A stretch of DNA of 64,000 bases from Burkholderiaceae bacterium. Its GTDB lineage: Bacteria; Pseudomonadota; Gammaproteobacteria; Burkholderiales; Burkholderiaceae_E. A program made the position numbers and the translations under genes. A model generated the notes under the pieces. It was given only the letters and a program-made list of their open reading frames with translations, did no database searches and had not been told where the DNA came from. This document shows, in pieces, positions 8,259-15,524 of this stretch. Location: positions 199,626-263,625 of the forward strand of contig JAHBZV010000001.1 of NCBI GenBank assembly GCA_019635275.1. Reading direction: 5' to 3'. Position 1 is the first letter of the stretch. Each line of letters starts with the position of its first letter.

Positions 8259-10655
8259 ATGACGAGCCCGGACATCGGTTCTTCTCGCCACGGCATCGGC
8301 CACTCGGTTCGCAGGCGCGAGGACATGCGCTTCGTCCGGGGGGAAGGTCGATATGTCGACGATCTCGGCCAACCGGATGACCTGCGTGCATGGTTCGTTC
8401 GCAGCATGCACGCGCACGCACGCATCGTGTCGGTCGACGTTTCCGCCGCAGCCTCGGCCCCCGGCGTGCGGGCCGTGTTCACCGGCAAGGACCTCCTTGC
8501 AGCGGGTGTGGGAAGCATCCCGTGTGGCTGGACGGTGCGAAACCGTGATGGGACCCCGATGGTCGAGCCGCCACATCATCCGCTGTGCGTCGATCGTGTC
8601 AGGTACGTTGGTGACCCGGTCGCGCTCGTGTTGGCCGACAGCCTGCTCGACGCGAAGGACGCAGGCGAACTGGTCGAGATCGACTACGAGCCGCTGCCCG
8701 CGGTCGTATCCACGGGCCGAGCTCCGGAACCCGGCGCTGCCCTGGTGTGGGAGGAGGCGCCCGGGAATCTGTGTGCTGACTGGGAGCTTGGCGATCGATC
8801 GGCGGTGGACGCCGCGTTCGGGCGCGCTACGCATGTCGTCGAGATCGATCTCGTCAATAACCGCCTGATCGCCAATCCGATGGAGCCGCGCGCGGCGCGT
8901 GCCCATCGGGACCCGGCAACCGGGCGATATACGCTTTACACGACGAGTCAGAATCCGCACACCATCAAGTCGATGCTGTGTGGCAGCGTCCTGAGGATTC
9001 CCGACGACCAGCTTCGCGTGGTCGCTCCGGACGTTGGCGGGGGCTTCGGCACGAAGATCTTCCTCTACCCCGAGGAAGTGGCGATCACCTGGGCGGCCGG
9101 GCGCGTCGAAAGGGCGATTCGCTGGAGCGCCGAGCGCAGCGAGGGTTTCCTGACCGACGCGCAAGGCCGCGATCACGTCACGCGGGCTCGGCTCGCGCTC
9201 GATGGCGAAGGGCGCTTCCTGGGCTTGCAGGTTCAGACGGTGGCGAATGTCGGCGCTTATCTGTCCCAGGGAGCCGCTGCGATTCCGACGTTCTACTACG
9301 CGCAACTCCTGTCCGGCGTATATCGGATCCCTGCGATCCACTGCAACGTGCAGCTCGTCTTCACCAATTCCGCGCCGGTGGACGCCTATCGCGGCGCGGG
9401 CAGACCGGAGGCCAGCTATGTCCTCGAAAGGCTTGTAGACGAGGCGGCGATTGTGACCGGCATTGATCGCGTGGCCCTGCGTCGCTTGAACTTCATTCCT
9501 CCGGATGCGTTCCCGTACGAAACGCCGCTGGGCCTGACCTATGATTCGGGCGATCATCACGCGACGCTCGAAATTGCACTCGACGCAATCGGCCATGATC
9601 GCTTTGCGAGTCGTCGGGCCGAATCCGGGCGCCGGGGCAAGCTGCGTGGGCTGGGCATATCGACGTATGTCGAGATCGCCGGCGGTGTTCCCTCCAAGGT
9701 GGTCGCCGAGCTCGGCGCCCGGGGCTCGCGTTTCGAGGCCGCCGAGGTCCTAGTGCATCCGTCGGGTGCCGTGACCGTCTATTGCGGAACGCACAGCCAG
9801 GGACAAGGCCACGAGACCACTTTTGCGCAGATCGTCAGCGACAAGCTCGGCATCGACTACGACACCGTGACCCTGGTGCAGGGCGATACCGATCAGGTTC
9901 GTTATGGCCGTGGGACGGCTGCGTCGCGCTCCCTGGTCGTGGGTGGCTCGGCAGTGATCAAGGCGCTCGACAAGATCGTCGCCAAGGGCAAGCGGATCGC
10001 CGCTCATGTCCTGGAGACGCATCACACCGATATCGAGTTCCGCGACGGTTCATTCGGGGTTGTCGGAACCGATCGGCGGATCGGGTTCGCCGAAGTGGCG
10101 CGGCGAGCCTATACGGCGGCCGACTTCCCGGTCGACGAGATCGAGCCGGGTCTCAATGAGACTGCTTTCTATGATCCCGCCAACTGGAGCTACCCGGGCG
10201 GTTGCCATGTCTGTGAGCTCGAGATCGATCCTGAGACGGGCGTGGTGACGCTCGATCGGATCATCGCGGTCGATGACGTGGGCACAGTGATCAACCCGAT
10301 GATCGTCGAAGGCCAGATCCAGGGCGGCCTCGCACAGGCTGTCGGGCAAGCGCTCATGGAGAACTGCGTCTACGATGAAGGATCAGGGCAACTGCTGACT
10401 GGCTCGTTCATGGACTACGCGATGCCGCGCGCAGCGGATCTTCCGGCTCTCGAGGTGATGACGCATGAGACGCCGTGCACGCATAATCCGCTCGGCGCGA
10501 AGGGTTGCGCCGAGGTCGGTTCCGTTGGCCTCCCGCCGGCGATCATGAATGCGGTGCTCAATGCGTTGCGGCCATTGGGCGTGCGCAGGCTGGACATGCC
10601 GGCGACTCCGGAACGAGTCTGGCAGGCCATCAGGGAGGCAACTCAGGGGCGTTAG
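8259..10655 (+). CDS. Xanthine dehydrogenase family molybdopterin-binding large subunit (form II CoxL-like)
   Basis: 798 aa; VGGGFGTK, AYRGAGRPE active-site loop (form II type), GQGHET, GQIQGG and GAKGCAE. Confidence 0.9.
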   Translation: MTSPDIGSSRHGIGHSVRRREDMRFVRGEGRYVDDLGQPDDLRAWFVRSMHAHARIVSVDVSAAASAPGVRAVFTGKDLLAAGVGSIPCGWTVRNRDGTPMVEPPHHPLCVDRVRYVGDPVALVLADSLLDAKDAGELVEIDYEPLPAVVSTGRAPEPGAALVWEEAPGNLCADWELGDRSAVDAAFGRATHVVEIDLVNNRLIANPMEPRAARAHRDPATGRYTLYTTSQNPHTIKSMLCGSVLRIPDDQLRVVAPDVGGGFGTKIFLYPEEVAITWAAGRVERAIRWSAERSEGFLTDAQGRDHVTRARLALDGEGRFLGLQVQTVANVGAYLSQGAAAIPTFYYAQLLSGVYRIPAIHCNVQLVFTNSAPVDAYRGAGRPEASYVLERLVDEAAIVTGIDRVALRRLNFIPPDAFPYETPLGLTYDSGDHHATLEIALDAIGHDRFASRRAESGRRGKLRGLGISTYVEIAGGVPSKVVAELGARGSRFEAAEVLVHPSGAVTVYCGTHSQGQGHETTFAQIVSDKLGIDYDTVTLVQGDTDQVRYGRGTAASRSLVVGGSAVIKALDKIVAKGKRIAAHVLETHHTDIEFRDGSFGVVGTDRRIGFAEVARRAYTAADFPVDEIEPGLNETAFYDPANWSYPGGCHVCELEIDPETGVVTLDRIIAVDDVGTVINPMIVEGQIQGGLAQAVGQALMENCVYDEGSGQLLTGSFMDYAMPRAADLPALEVMTHETPCTHNPLGAKGCAEVGSVGLPPAIMNAVLNALRPLGVRRLDMPATPERVWQAIREATQGR

Positions 10656-10668
10656 GGTGGCTCGCGCC

Positions 10669-10789
10669 GGCCCTTGGTACACCGCCGATCGGATCGATTC
10701 GCGGTCTTGGCGCTGCCTCCGGGCCGTGGTGGATGGATTCTTCGCGTAGTCACTTGAGCCCGATCGCGCTACTCGCGTGATGGCCCGAC
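10669..10789 (+). pseudogene. Degenerate copy of an internal segment of the downstream DUF2075 gene
   Basis: Translates GPWYTADRIDSRSWRCLRAVVDGFFA*SLEPD, then after a frameshift LLA*WPD. This aligns with GPWYSADPSDSQSCCRLQTVATEFSSQGLELD..LLAWGSD at 11527-11649. Confidence 0.7.
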
Positions 10790-10790
10790 T

Positions 10791-11868
10791 CGGTTGGTGC
10801 ACGCGCATTGGCTCGGCGAAATCTCCGTCTCGCGAGCCAACGACCGGATGATGCCGCCGGCGGTGTACCTCTCGGGCAGTGCAGCAGCACTCGCGACCCG
10901 GCCGTCCGGTGCCGCCGGAACACCTGATCGTGTTCGACGAAGCGCAGCGCGCTCACGATGCCGAGCGGGTCGCGCATGTTCACGGGGGCGCGGTCGCGCT
11001 ATCGGAGCCCGACCACCTGATCGAGTTCTGCGAGCGCATCCCCGAGTGGTGCGTGCTGGTCGCGCTGATCGGCAGCGGCCAGGCGATCCACGTCGGCGAG
11101 GAGGGCGGCGTGCCGCTCTGGCACAAGGCGGTGCGTCGATCGCCGCATGCTGCGGACTGGACGATTCACGGCGCTCCCGCCTTCGCGGAGATCTTCCGCG
11201 ACCCGCGCAGCGCGACCCGCTGGCACCCGACGCTGAGCCTCGACACCGAGATCCGCTTCCACCTGACCCCGCGCGTGCACCAGTTCGTGGGCGGCCTGCT
11301 GGACGGGGTGGCGCCCGGCACGCTGCGCGGCTGGGCCGACGAGTTGCACGCCGGCGGCCATCGCTTCCTGGTGACTCGCGATCTCGAGTCGGCTCGCGCC
11401 TACCTGCGCGAGCGCTACGCGGACGCGCGCTTCGCCCGCTACGGCATCGTGGCGTCGTCGAAGGACAAGTGGCTGCCTCGGCACGGCGTCGACAACACGT
11501 TCCAGACGACCAAGCAGCTGCGGGTCGGGCCCTGGTACAGCGCAGACCCGTCGGATTCGCAGTCGTGCTGCCGCTTGCAGACGGTGGCCACCGAGTTCTC
11601 GTCGCAGGGGCTCGAGCTCGACTGCGCGCTGCTCGCGTGGGGGTCCGACCTGCTGTGGAGCGGCGACGCGTGGTCGATCCGGTTCGCGGGGACGAACCGG
11701 CCGCCGCTGAAGGATCCGCTCACGGTTCGGAAGAACGTCTACCGCGTGCTGCTGACGCGCGGGCGCGACGGGACGGTGGTGTTCGTGCCGCCCGATGCCA
11801 GGATGGACGGGACGTACGAGCGGCTTGTGGCGGCGGGGGTGCGGGAGCTTCGGGGGAGCGGGGGCTGA
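10791..11868 (+). pseudogene. DUF2075 / Schlafen-group-3-like SF1 helicase, N-terminally truncated and frameshifted
   Basis: 10879..11868 has Walker B (LIVFDEAQRA), TEFSSQGLELD and YRVLLTRGRDG but no Walker A. The piece RLVHAHWLG...PAVYLSG (10791-10878) is in another frame and resembles the segment that normally follows Walker A. Confidence 0.7.
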
Positions 11869-11967
11869 CTCCCGCGACCTGGGTCTCGGCCGAGTGGTCT
11901 CGAACGTGATGCCTACTGCCCGCCGCACGTCGGGAGTGCTAGAGTCTTCAGGACGTTGGAGGGTGCG

Positions 11968-12198
11968 ATGGCGGTCACGGCAAAGTCGCTGGGAATCGAC
12001 AAGCTCGATGTGGACGACAGATTGGCACTCGTCGAGGAAATCTGGGCGAGCATCTGCGCCGACGCCGAGCGGTTCCCCCTTAGTGAGTCCCAGAGGGCCG
12101 AACTCGATCGACGCGTTGCCGACGATGACGAATTTCCGGACGACGTCGTCCCATGGGATGAGGTCAAGGCATCGGTTCGAGCCTGTCTCGGACGATGA
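11968..12198 (+). CDS. Addiction-module antitoxin (TIGR02574-like)
   Basis: LDVDDRLALVEEIWASI...QRAELDRR...VPWDEVK pattern; overlaps the toxin start (ATGA). Confidence 0.85.
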   Translation: MAVTAKSLGIDKLDVDDRLALVEEIWASICADAERFPLSESQRAELDRRVADDDEFPDDVVPWDEVKASVRACLGR

Positions 12199-12491
12199 CC
12201 TTTCGCGTCGTATTTCGACGCGCTGCAAGCGCCGAGTTGGAGCGGGCCGCAGCTTGGTACGAAAGTCAGCGCGGCGGCCTCGGGGACGAGTTGTTGTTCG
12301 AAGTCGGCCAGGCGCTCGAGAGGGTCGCAGCGGGCCCGATGCGCTACCCGGCGGTGTTCGGCGCTATCCGGAGAACGGTCACACGACGCTTCCCGTTTGC
12401 GATTTACTTTCGCGTCCGCGGCGAGGCTGTGGTCGTGCTTGCCGTGTTCCACGGACGGCGCGACCCGAGTGTGTGGCAGCGACGCTCATAA
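12195..12491 (+). CDS. Type II toxin, ParE/RelE family (intact)
   Basis: AAAWYESQRGGLG, RRFPFAIYF and VLAVFHGRRDP motifs. Confidence 0.88.
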   Translation: MTFRVVFRRAASAELERAAAWYESQRGGLGDELLFEVGQALERVAAGPMRYPAVFGAIRRTVTRRFPFAIYFRVRGEAVVVLAVFHGRRDPSVWQRRS

Positions 12492-12559
12492 CATGAGGGC
12501 GCTGCCGACTGGTAGCGCTGGCTGGTCTCGACATTGCGTCAACGTGGACCTCCGGCTCA

Positions 12560-12581
12560 TATATTGCTAGTATGCAATATA
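12560..12581. promoter_or_regulatory. Palindromic operator TATATTGC-N6-GCAATATA upstream of the TumE remnant/antitoxin array
   Basis: Perfect 8-bp AT-rich inverted repeat, extendable by CCGGCT/AGCCGG to about 12552-12587. Confidence 0.6.
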
Positions 12582-12584
12582 AGC

Positions 12585-12717
12585 CGGCCGTCCTGCTCGC
12601 ATCGATACAAGAGCCGCCCGTACTACGGCTTGTCGGGTGAGTGTCGAGCGCGATACGACAACCAAGGCGGCAAGGGTGATCACATTTCCGTTCCGACGTT
12701 GAGCGTTGGAGGTGACC
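12585..12717 (+). pseudogene. TumE / DUF6516-family toxin remnant
   Basis: Translates SHRYKSRPYYGLSGECRARYDNQGGKGDH, matching the family core HxYKYxLxYG...YDNExGKGDH. The N-terminus and most of the C-terminus are missing. Lies directly upstream of its usual partner. Confidence 0.7.
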
Positions 12718-13071
12718 ATGAAGGCGATCATCGAGGTATCTCGTCGGGGCTCGGTGTTCCGTTCGGCGGCGCAGCAGGTCAGGGCCGCGCGTCGCGGTGG
12801 GTCGACTGACTTCCGGCTCGGTTTCGAATCGGCGCGATCGCTGTTCGCCGAGTTGACGCCTGCGCGGCTCGACTTGCTCGCGACTCTGCGAGGCCTCGGG
12901 CCCTGCAGTGTCTACGCGCTCGCCAAGGCGGCGGAGCGCAACTATTCGAACGTCCATACGGACGTGTCGCGCCTCGAGGAACTGGGCCTGGTGGTGCGTT
13001 CGGACGACGGCAGCGTGTCGGTGCCGTTCGAGTCGGTGGAGATTCGGGTTCCGCTCGCGCAGGTGGCGTAG
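12718..13071 (+). CDS. HVO_A0114/TumA-like winged-helix antitoxin
   Basis: FESARSLFAELTPARLDLL...GPCSVYALAK...RNYSNVHTDVSRLEELGLV; GGAGG RBS before ATG 12718. Confidence 0.8.
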   Translation: MKAIIEVSRRGSVFRSAAQQVRAARRGGSTDFRLGFESARSLFAELTPARLDLLATLRGLGPCSVYALAKAAERNYSNVHTDVSRLEELGLVVRSDDGSVSVPFESVEIRVPLAQVA

Positions 13072-13128
13072 CGTGATCTGGCGCCCAGTACGCTGAACAG
13101 CATCCTGACGCAGGCTGGTCTCGAGTGA
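13072..13128 (+). pseudogene. HicA toxin C-terminal remnant
   Basis: RDLAPSTLNSILTQAGLE* matches the HicA C-terminal helix (DLxxGTLxSILKQAGL); ends 6 bp before hicB; no start codon, no catalytic His region. Confidence 0.75.
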
Positions 13129-13134
13129 GGTCCT

Positions 13135-13347
13135 ATGCACTACGCCGTGGTCATTGAAAGGGGCGAAGGCAACTACTCGGCATATGTGCCAGACCTTCCT
13201 GGCTGTATCGCGACGGGCGCCACAGTTGCTGAAGTCGAAGCGGACATACGGGAAGCAATCGTCTTTCACGTCGAGGGCCTTCGCGCGGACGGCTCGCCTG
13301 TGCCGGCCCCGTCGAGTCAAGTGGCGTACGTCGAGATTCCCTCGTAG
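13135..13347 (+). CDS. hicB: HicB-family antitoxin (short form, no DNA-binding domain)
   Basis: YAVVIE...YSAYVPDLPGCIATGAT...IREAI.FHVEGLR.DG.PVP.P signature. Confidence 0.9.
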   Translation: MHYAVVIERGEGNYSAYVPDLPGCIATGATVAEVEADIREAIVFHVEGLRADGSPVPAPSSQVAYVEIPS

Positions 13348-13399
13348 CAACACTGTTGCCAGGGCGATTGATGGATGTCGTTCATTGAACTACTATCGG

Positions 13400-13470
13400 C
13401 GAATCATCTCGGCTCGGAGGGCGAACCGTCGAGAGGCCGGGGAGTATGAGCACAGTACGCGTCAAGGTCG
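13400..13470 (+). pseudogene. BrnT-family toxin C-terminal remnant
   Basis: RIISARRANRREAGEYE matches the BrnT C-terminal signature RIISARxAxxxE..Y; overlaps the antitoxin start at 13446. Confidence 0.7.
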
Positions 13471-13781
13471 ATCTCAGTCGCCCAACTACCCTGCCCAAGG
13501 GCAGGATCGATCGCCGCAAGCTGGACGCGACGACTGAAGCCGACCTTGCCATCCAGCAGGCCGAAGACGATGCCGAGGCGATGCAGGACGCCGCACGCTT
13601 CGTCCGTCGCGTCAGGCGGCGCCTCGGACTGACACAGCAGGAATTCGCGCGGCGCATCGACGTGCCGCTCGACACGATCCGGAATTGGGAGCAGGGCAAG
13701 CGCTATCCCACCGGTGCGGCAAGGTCGCTGTTGAAGGTGCTGGACAGGGTGCCGAAGGCGGCCTTGGCCGCGCTGGATTGA
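13446..13781 (+). CDS. XRE-HTH antitoxin (HigA/NadS-like)
   Basis: VRRRLGLTQQEFARRIDVPLDTIRNWEQGKRYPTGAARSLLKVL HTH with an N-terminal LDATTEADL extension. Confidence 0.85.
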   Translation: MSTVRVKVDLSRPTTLPKGRIDRRKLDATTEADLAIQQAEDDAEAMQDAARFVRRVRRRLGLTQQEFARRIDVPLDTIRNWEQGKRYPTGAARSLLKVLDRVPKAALAALD

Positions 13782-13791
13782 TCGCCCGCGA

Positions 13792-14136
13792 TCAACCGCA
13801 GTTGCCGCCGCTGCAGCAGTTCCCGGCGTCGGGGTGCACCTTGATGATCGACGACCCGCTCCAGCGCGCCAGCTCGGCACGCGTGGGATAGCGTCCGGCG
13901 AGCGCCTGTTTGCCGTCGATCAGGACCAGCGGCAGCGCATCGGCACCCTCGGTGTCGATGTAGGCCTTGACCTGGGGATCGCGCAGGAACTCGGGGGCGT
14001 CGCTCGCGAATTCGTAGTGCTCGATGTCGGCGCCCTGCTCGCGGGCGCGCGCGATGTCCGCCATCGCCTCGAGACGGTTCCGGGCATTGCGCCCTGCTTC
14101 CGAACGTGCCGATTCGAAGATCTGGATCCGGGCCAT
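13792..14136 (-). CDS. arsD: ArsD-like metallochaperone homologue lacking the N-terminal CCxxxxC motif
   Basis: IQIFE...ALPLVLIDGKQALAGRYPTRAELARW and a C-terminal CC match ArsD. The CCSTGVC segment is replaced by ARSEAGRNAR. Start at ATG 14136. Confidence 0.75.
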   Translation of the reverse strand: MARIQIFESARSEAGRNARNRLEAMADIARAREQGADIEHYEFASDAPEFLRDPQVKAYIDTEGADALPLVLIDGKQALAGRYPTRAELARWSGSSIIKVHPDAGNCCSGGNCG

Positions 14137-14391
14137 CGAGGTGCTTCCTGGAGGGTGCAAGACGCTCGATTATCCCTTCTTGCGCGGTGGCGGAGTGCCG
14201 CACTGGCCGAGCGCGTCGCTGCGAATCACGTCATTCGCGTCTGCCAGGCTGGCATCCGGCTTGGCCATTCGTACGACAGACACCGCGCTTCGCCGTCTGT
14301 AGCCTTCTTCTGCGTCGAGGGGGCGGCCAAGGCAAGGCAGGGCAAGGACGTCGTCCGTGGACCGGGCGGGCACCTTGCGATGCGTTAACAT

Positions 14392-14411
14392 ATTGGTGTT
14401 AAAGCACCAAT
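14392..14411. promoter_or_regulatory. Inverted-repeat operator ATTGGTG-N6-CACCAAT of the RHH/PIN TA pair
   Basis: Perfect 7-bp inverted repeat 12 bp upstream of the antitoxin ATG. Confidence 0.6.
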
Positions 14412-14423
14412 GTGAGGCCAGCC

Positions 14424-14663
14424 ATGAGCCGCCTGACCATCACCCTCTCCGAGGCCCGCTACCGGGCGCTCAAGGAAGCTGCCGTGCAGCGCGACAAGAC
14501 CATCGGGCAACTGATCGACGAAAGCCTGGAGTTCTATGGGATCAAGACCCGTGAGGATGCTCGCGACCTGGTGCGCCGCGCCCGAGCGCACAGCAAGCTG
14601 ACCGAGGAGCAGGCGCTCGCCGTTGCCCAGGAGCAGGTTCGGGCGGTGCGGCGCAAGTCGTGA
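14424..14663 (+). CDS. CopG/RHH-like antitoxin
   Basis: MSRLTITLSEARYRALKEAA ribbon-helix-helix N-terminus; GTGA overlap with the PIN toxin. Confidence 0.8.
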   Translation: MSRLTITLSEARYRALKEAAVQRDKTIGQLIDESLEFYGIKTREDARDLVRRARAHSKLTEEQALAVAQEQVRAVRRKS

Positions 14664-15079
14664 AGCGCCCGGCAGTCATCGTCGACACGAACGTCGTCGT
14701 CGCGGGCCTGCTTGCCGCTGACGATGCCTCGCCGGTCGCGCGCGTTCTGGACGGCATGCTTGCGGCGGCTTTTCCGTTCGTGGTGTCCGAGGCCCTGCTG
14801 GCCGAGTACCGCACGGTGCTCTTGCGGCCTCGCATTCGCAGGCTGCACGGCCTGACGGTCGCCGAGGCCGAGGCTGTGCTCGTCGAGATCGCCCAGCATG
14901 CGATCGTGCTGGCGCCCGTCGCGACTTCCTCGGCGCCCGATCCGGGCGACCAGTTGCTGTGGGAGTTGCTCGCGGCCAGGTCAGACCTGCTGTTGGTCAC
15001 CGGCGACAAGCTGCTGCTGCGCGACGCGCGCATGCGGGCGCGAGTCATGTCGCCGAAGGCTTTCGTCGAGCGCACGTAG
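14660..15079 (+). CDS. PIN-domain toxin (VapC-like, TIGR00305-type), intact
   Basis: IVDTNVVV, LAEY, DPGDQ and LVTGDK acidic motifs are all present. Confidence 0.88.
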   Translation: MKRPAVIVDTNVVVAGLLAADDASPVARVLDGMLAAAFPFVVSEALLAEYRTVLLRPRIRRLHGLTVAEAEAVLVEIAQHAIVLAPVATSSAPDPGDQLLWELLAARSDLLLVTGDKLLLRDARMRARVMSPKAFVERT

Positions 15080-15172
15080 CGGAGCGATCGGACGGCCCGC
15101 GGGCTGATCGATGCCGACCTCGGCGCCACCGCGTAGCGCCGTCACGTCCGGCGCCCGCGCCGGCTCGGGCAC

Positions 15173-15511
15173 CTACACCAGCCGCAGCGGCCGCTGCAAC
15201 TCGATGCGAAAGCGCCCGCGCCCGGTCTTGCGGATCTGCATCGCCGCGCCGCGCTCGGCGAGCCGGCGCTGCAGCAGTAACAGCCGCACGCTCAGGTTGT
15301 CCTGCAGCTCGGGCAGGCGCAGCTCGTGGCCGGCCAGGCGCAGCTCGCGCAGGCTGAACTCGCTGCGCCCGCTTCGCGCGTGCTCGCGCGCCAGTTTCCA
15401 GAAGATCGCGCCGGCCACGCCCTTGATGAGGTAGTGCGTGTCGAGAAAGACGCTGCCGTCGCGCGGGTAGTAGCGCACCTCGACGGCATCGGCGTGGGGG
15501 ATCGGTTCCAT
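15173..15511 (-). CDS. Small stand-alone putative DNA-binding protein, homologous to the C-terminal domain of larger GAF-containing regulators
   Basis: SVFLDTHYLIKGVAGAIFWKL...RELRL...DNLSVRLLLLQRRL...KTGRGRF; has its own GAAGGAG RBS before ATG 15511. Confidence 0.6.
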   Translation of the reverse strand: MEPIPHADAVEVRYYPRDGSVFLDTHYLIKGVAGAIFWKLAREHARSGRSEFSLRELRLAGHELRLPELQDNLSVRLLLLQRRLAERGAAMQIRKTGRGRFRIELQRPLRLV

Positions 15512-15524
15512 CGCGTCGACTCCT

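Noticed and set aside
8259-10655. Aerobic CO dehydrogenase (form I CoxL)
   Set aside because: The active-site loop is AYRGAGR, not AYXCSFR, and there are no coxMS or accessory cox genes.
10860-10890. Programmed frameshift joining the two DUF2075 frames
   Set aside because: No slippery run is visible, and sequence normally found between AVYLSG and the Walker B region appears to be missing, so a deletion fits better.
10640-12545. Integron attC-like words (GGCGTTAGG at the CoxL-like stop; TAACA...GCGCTGCCGAC after parE)
   Set aside because: I could not find paired R''/R' and L boxes forming a bottom-strand hairpin, and there is no intI. An IntegronFinder run would settle it.
14170-14391. 73-aa minus-strand ORF upstream of arsD as an ArsR remnant
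   Set aside because: Only a vague DDVLAL resemblance and no HTH; not supportable.
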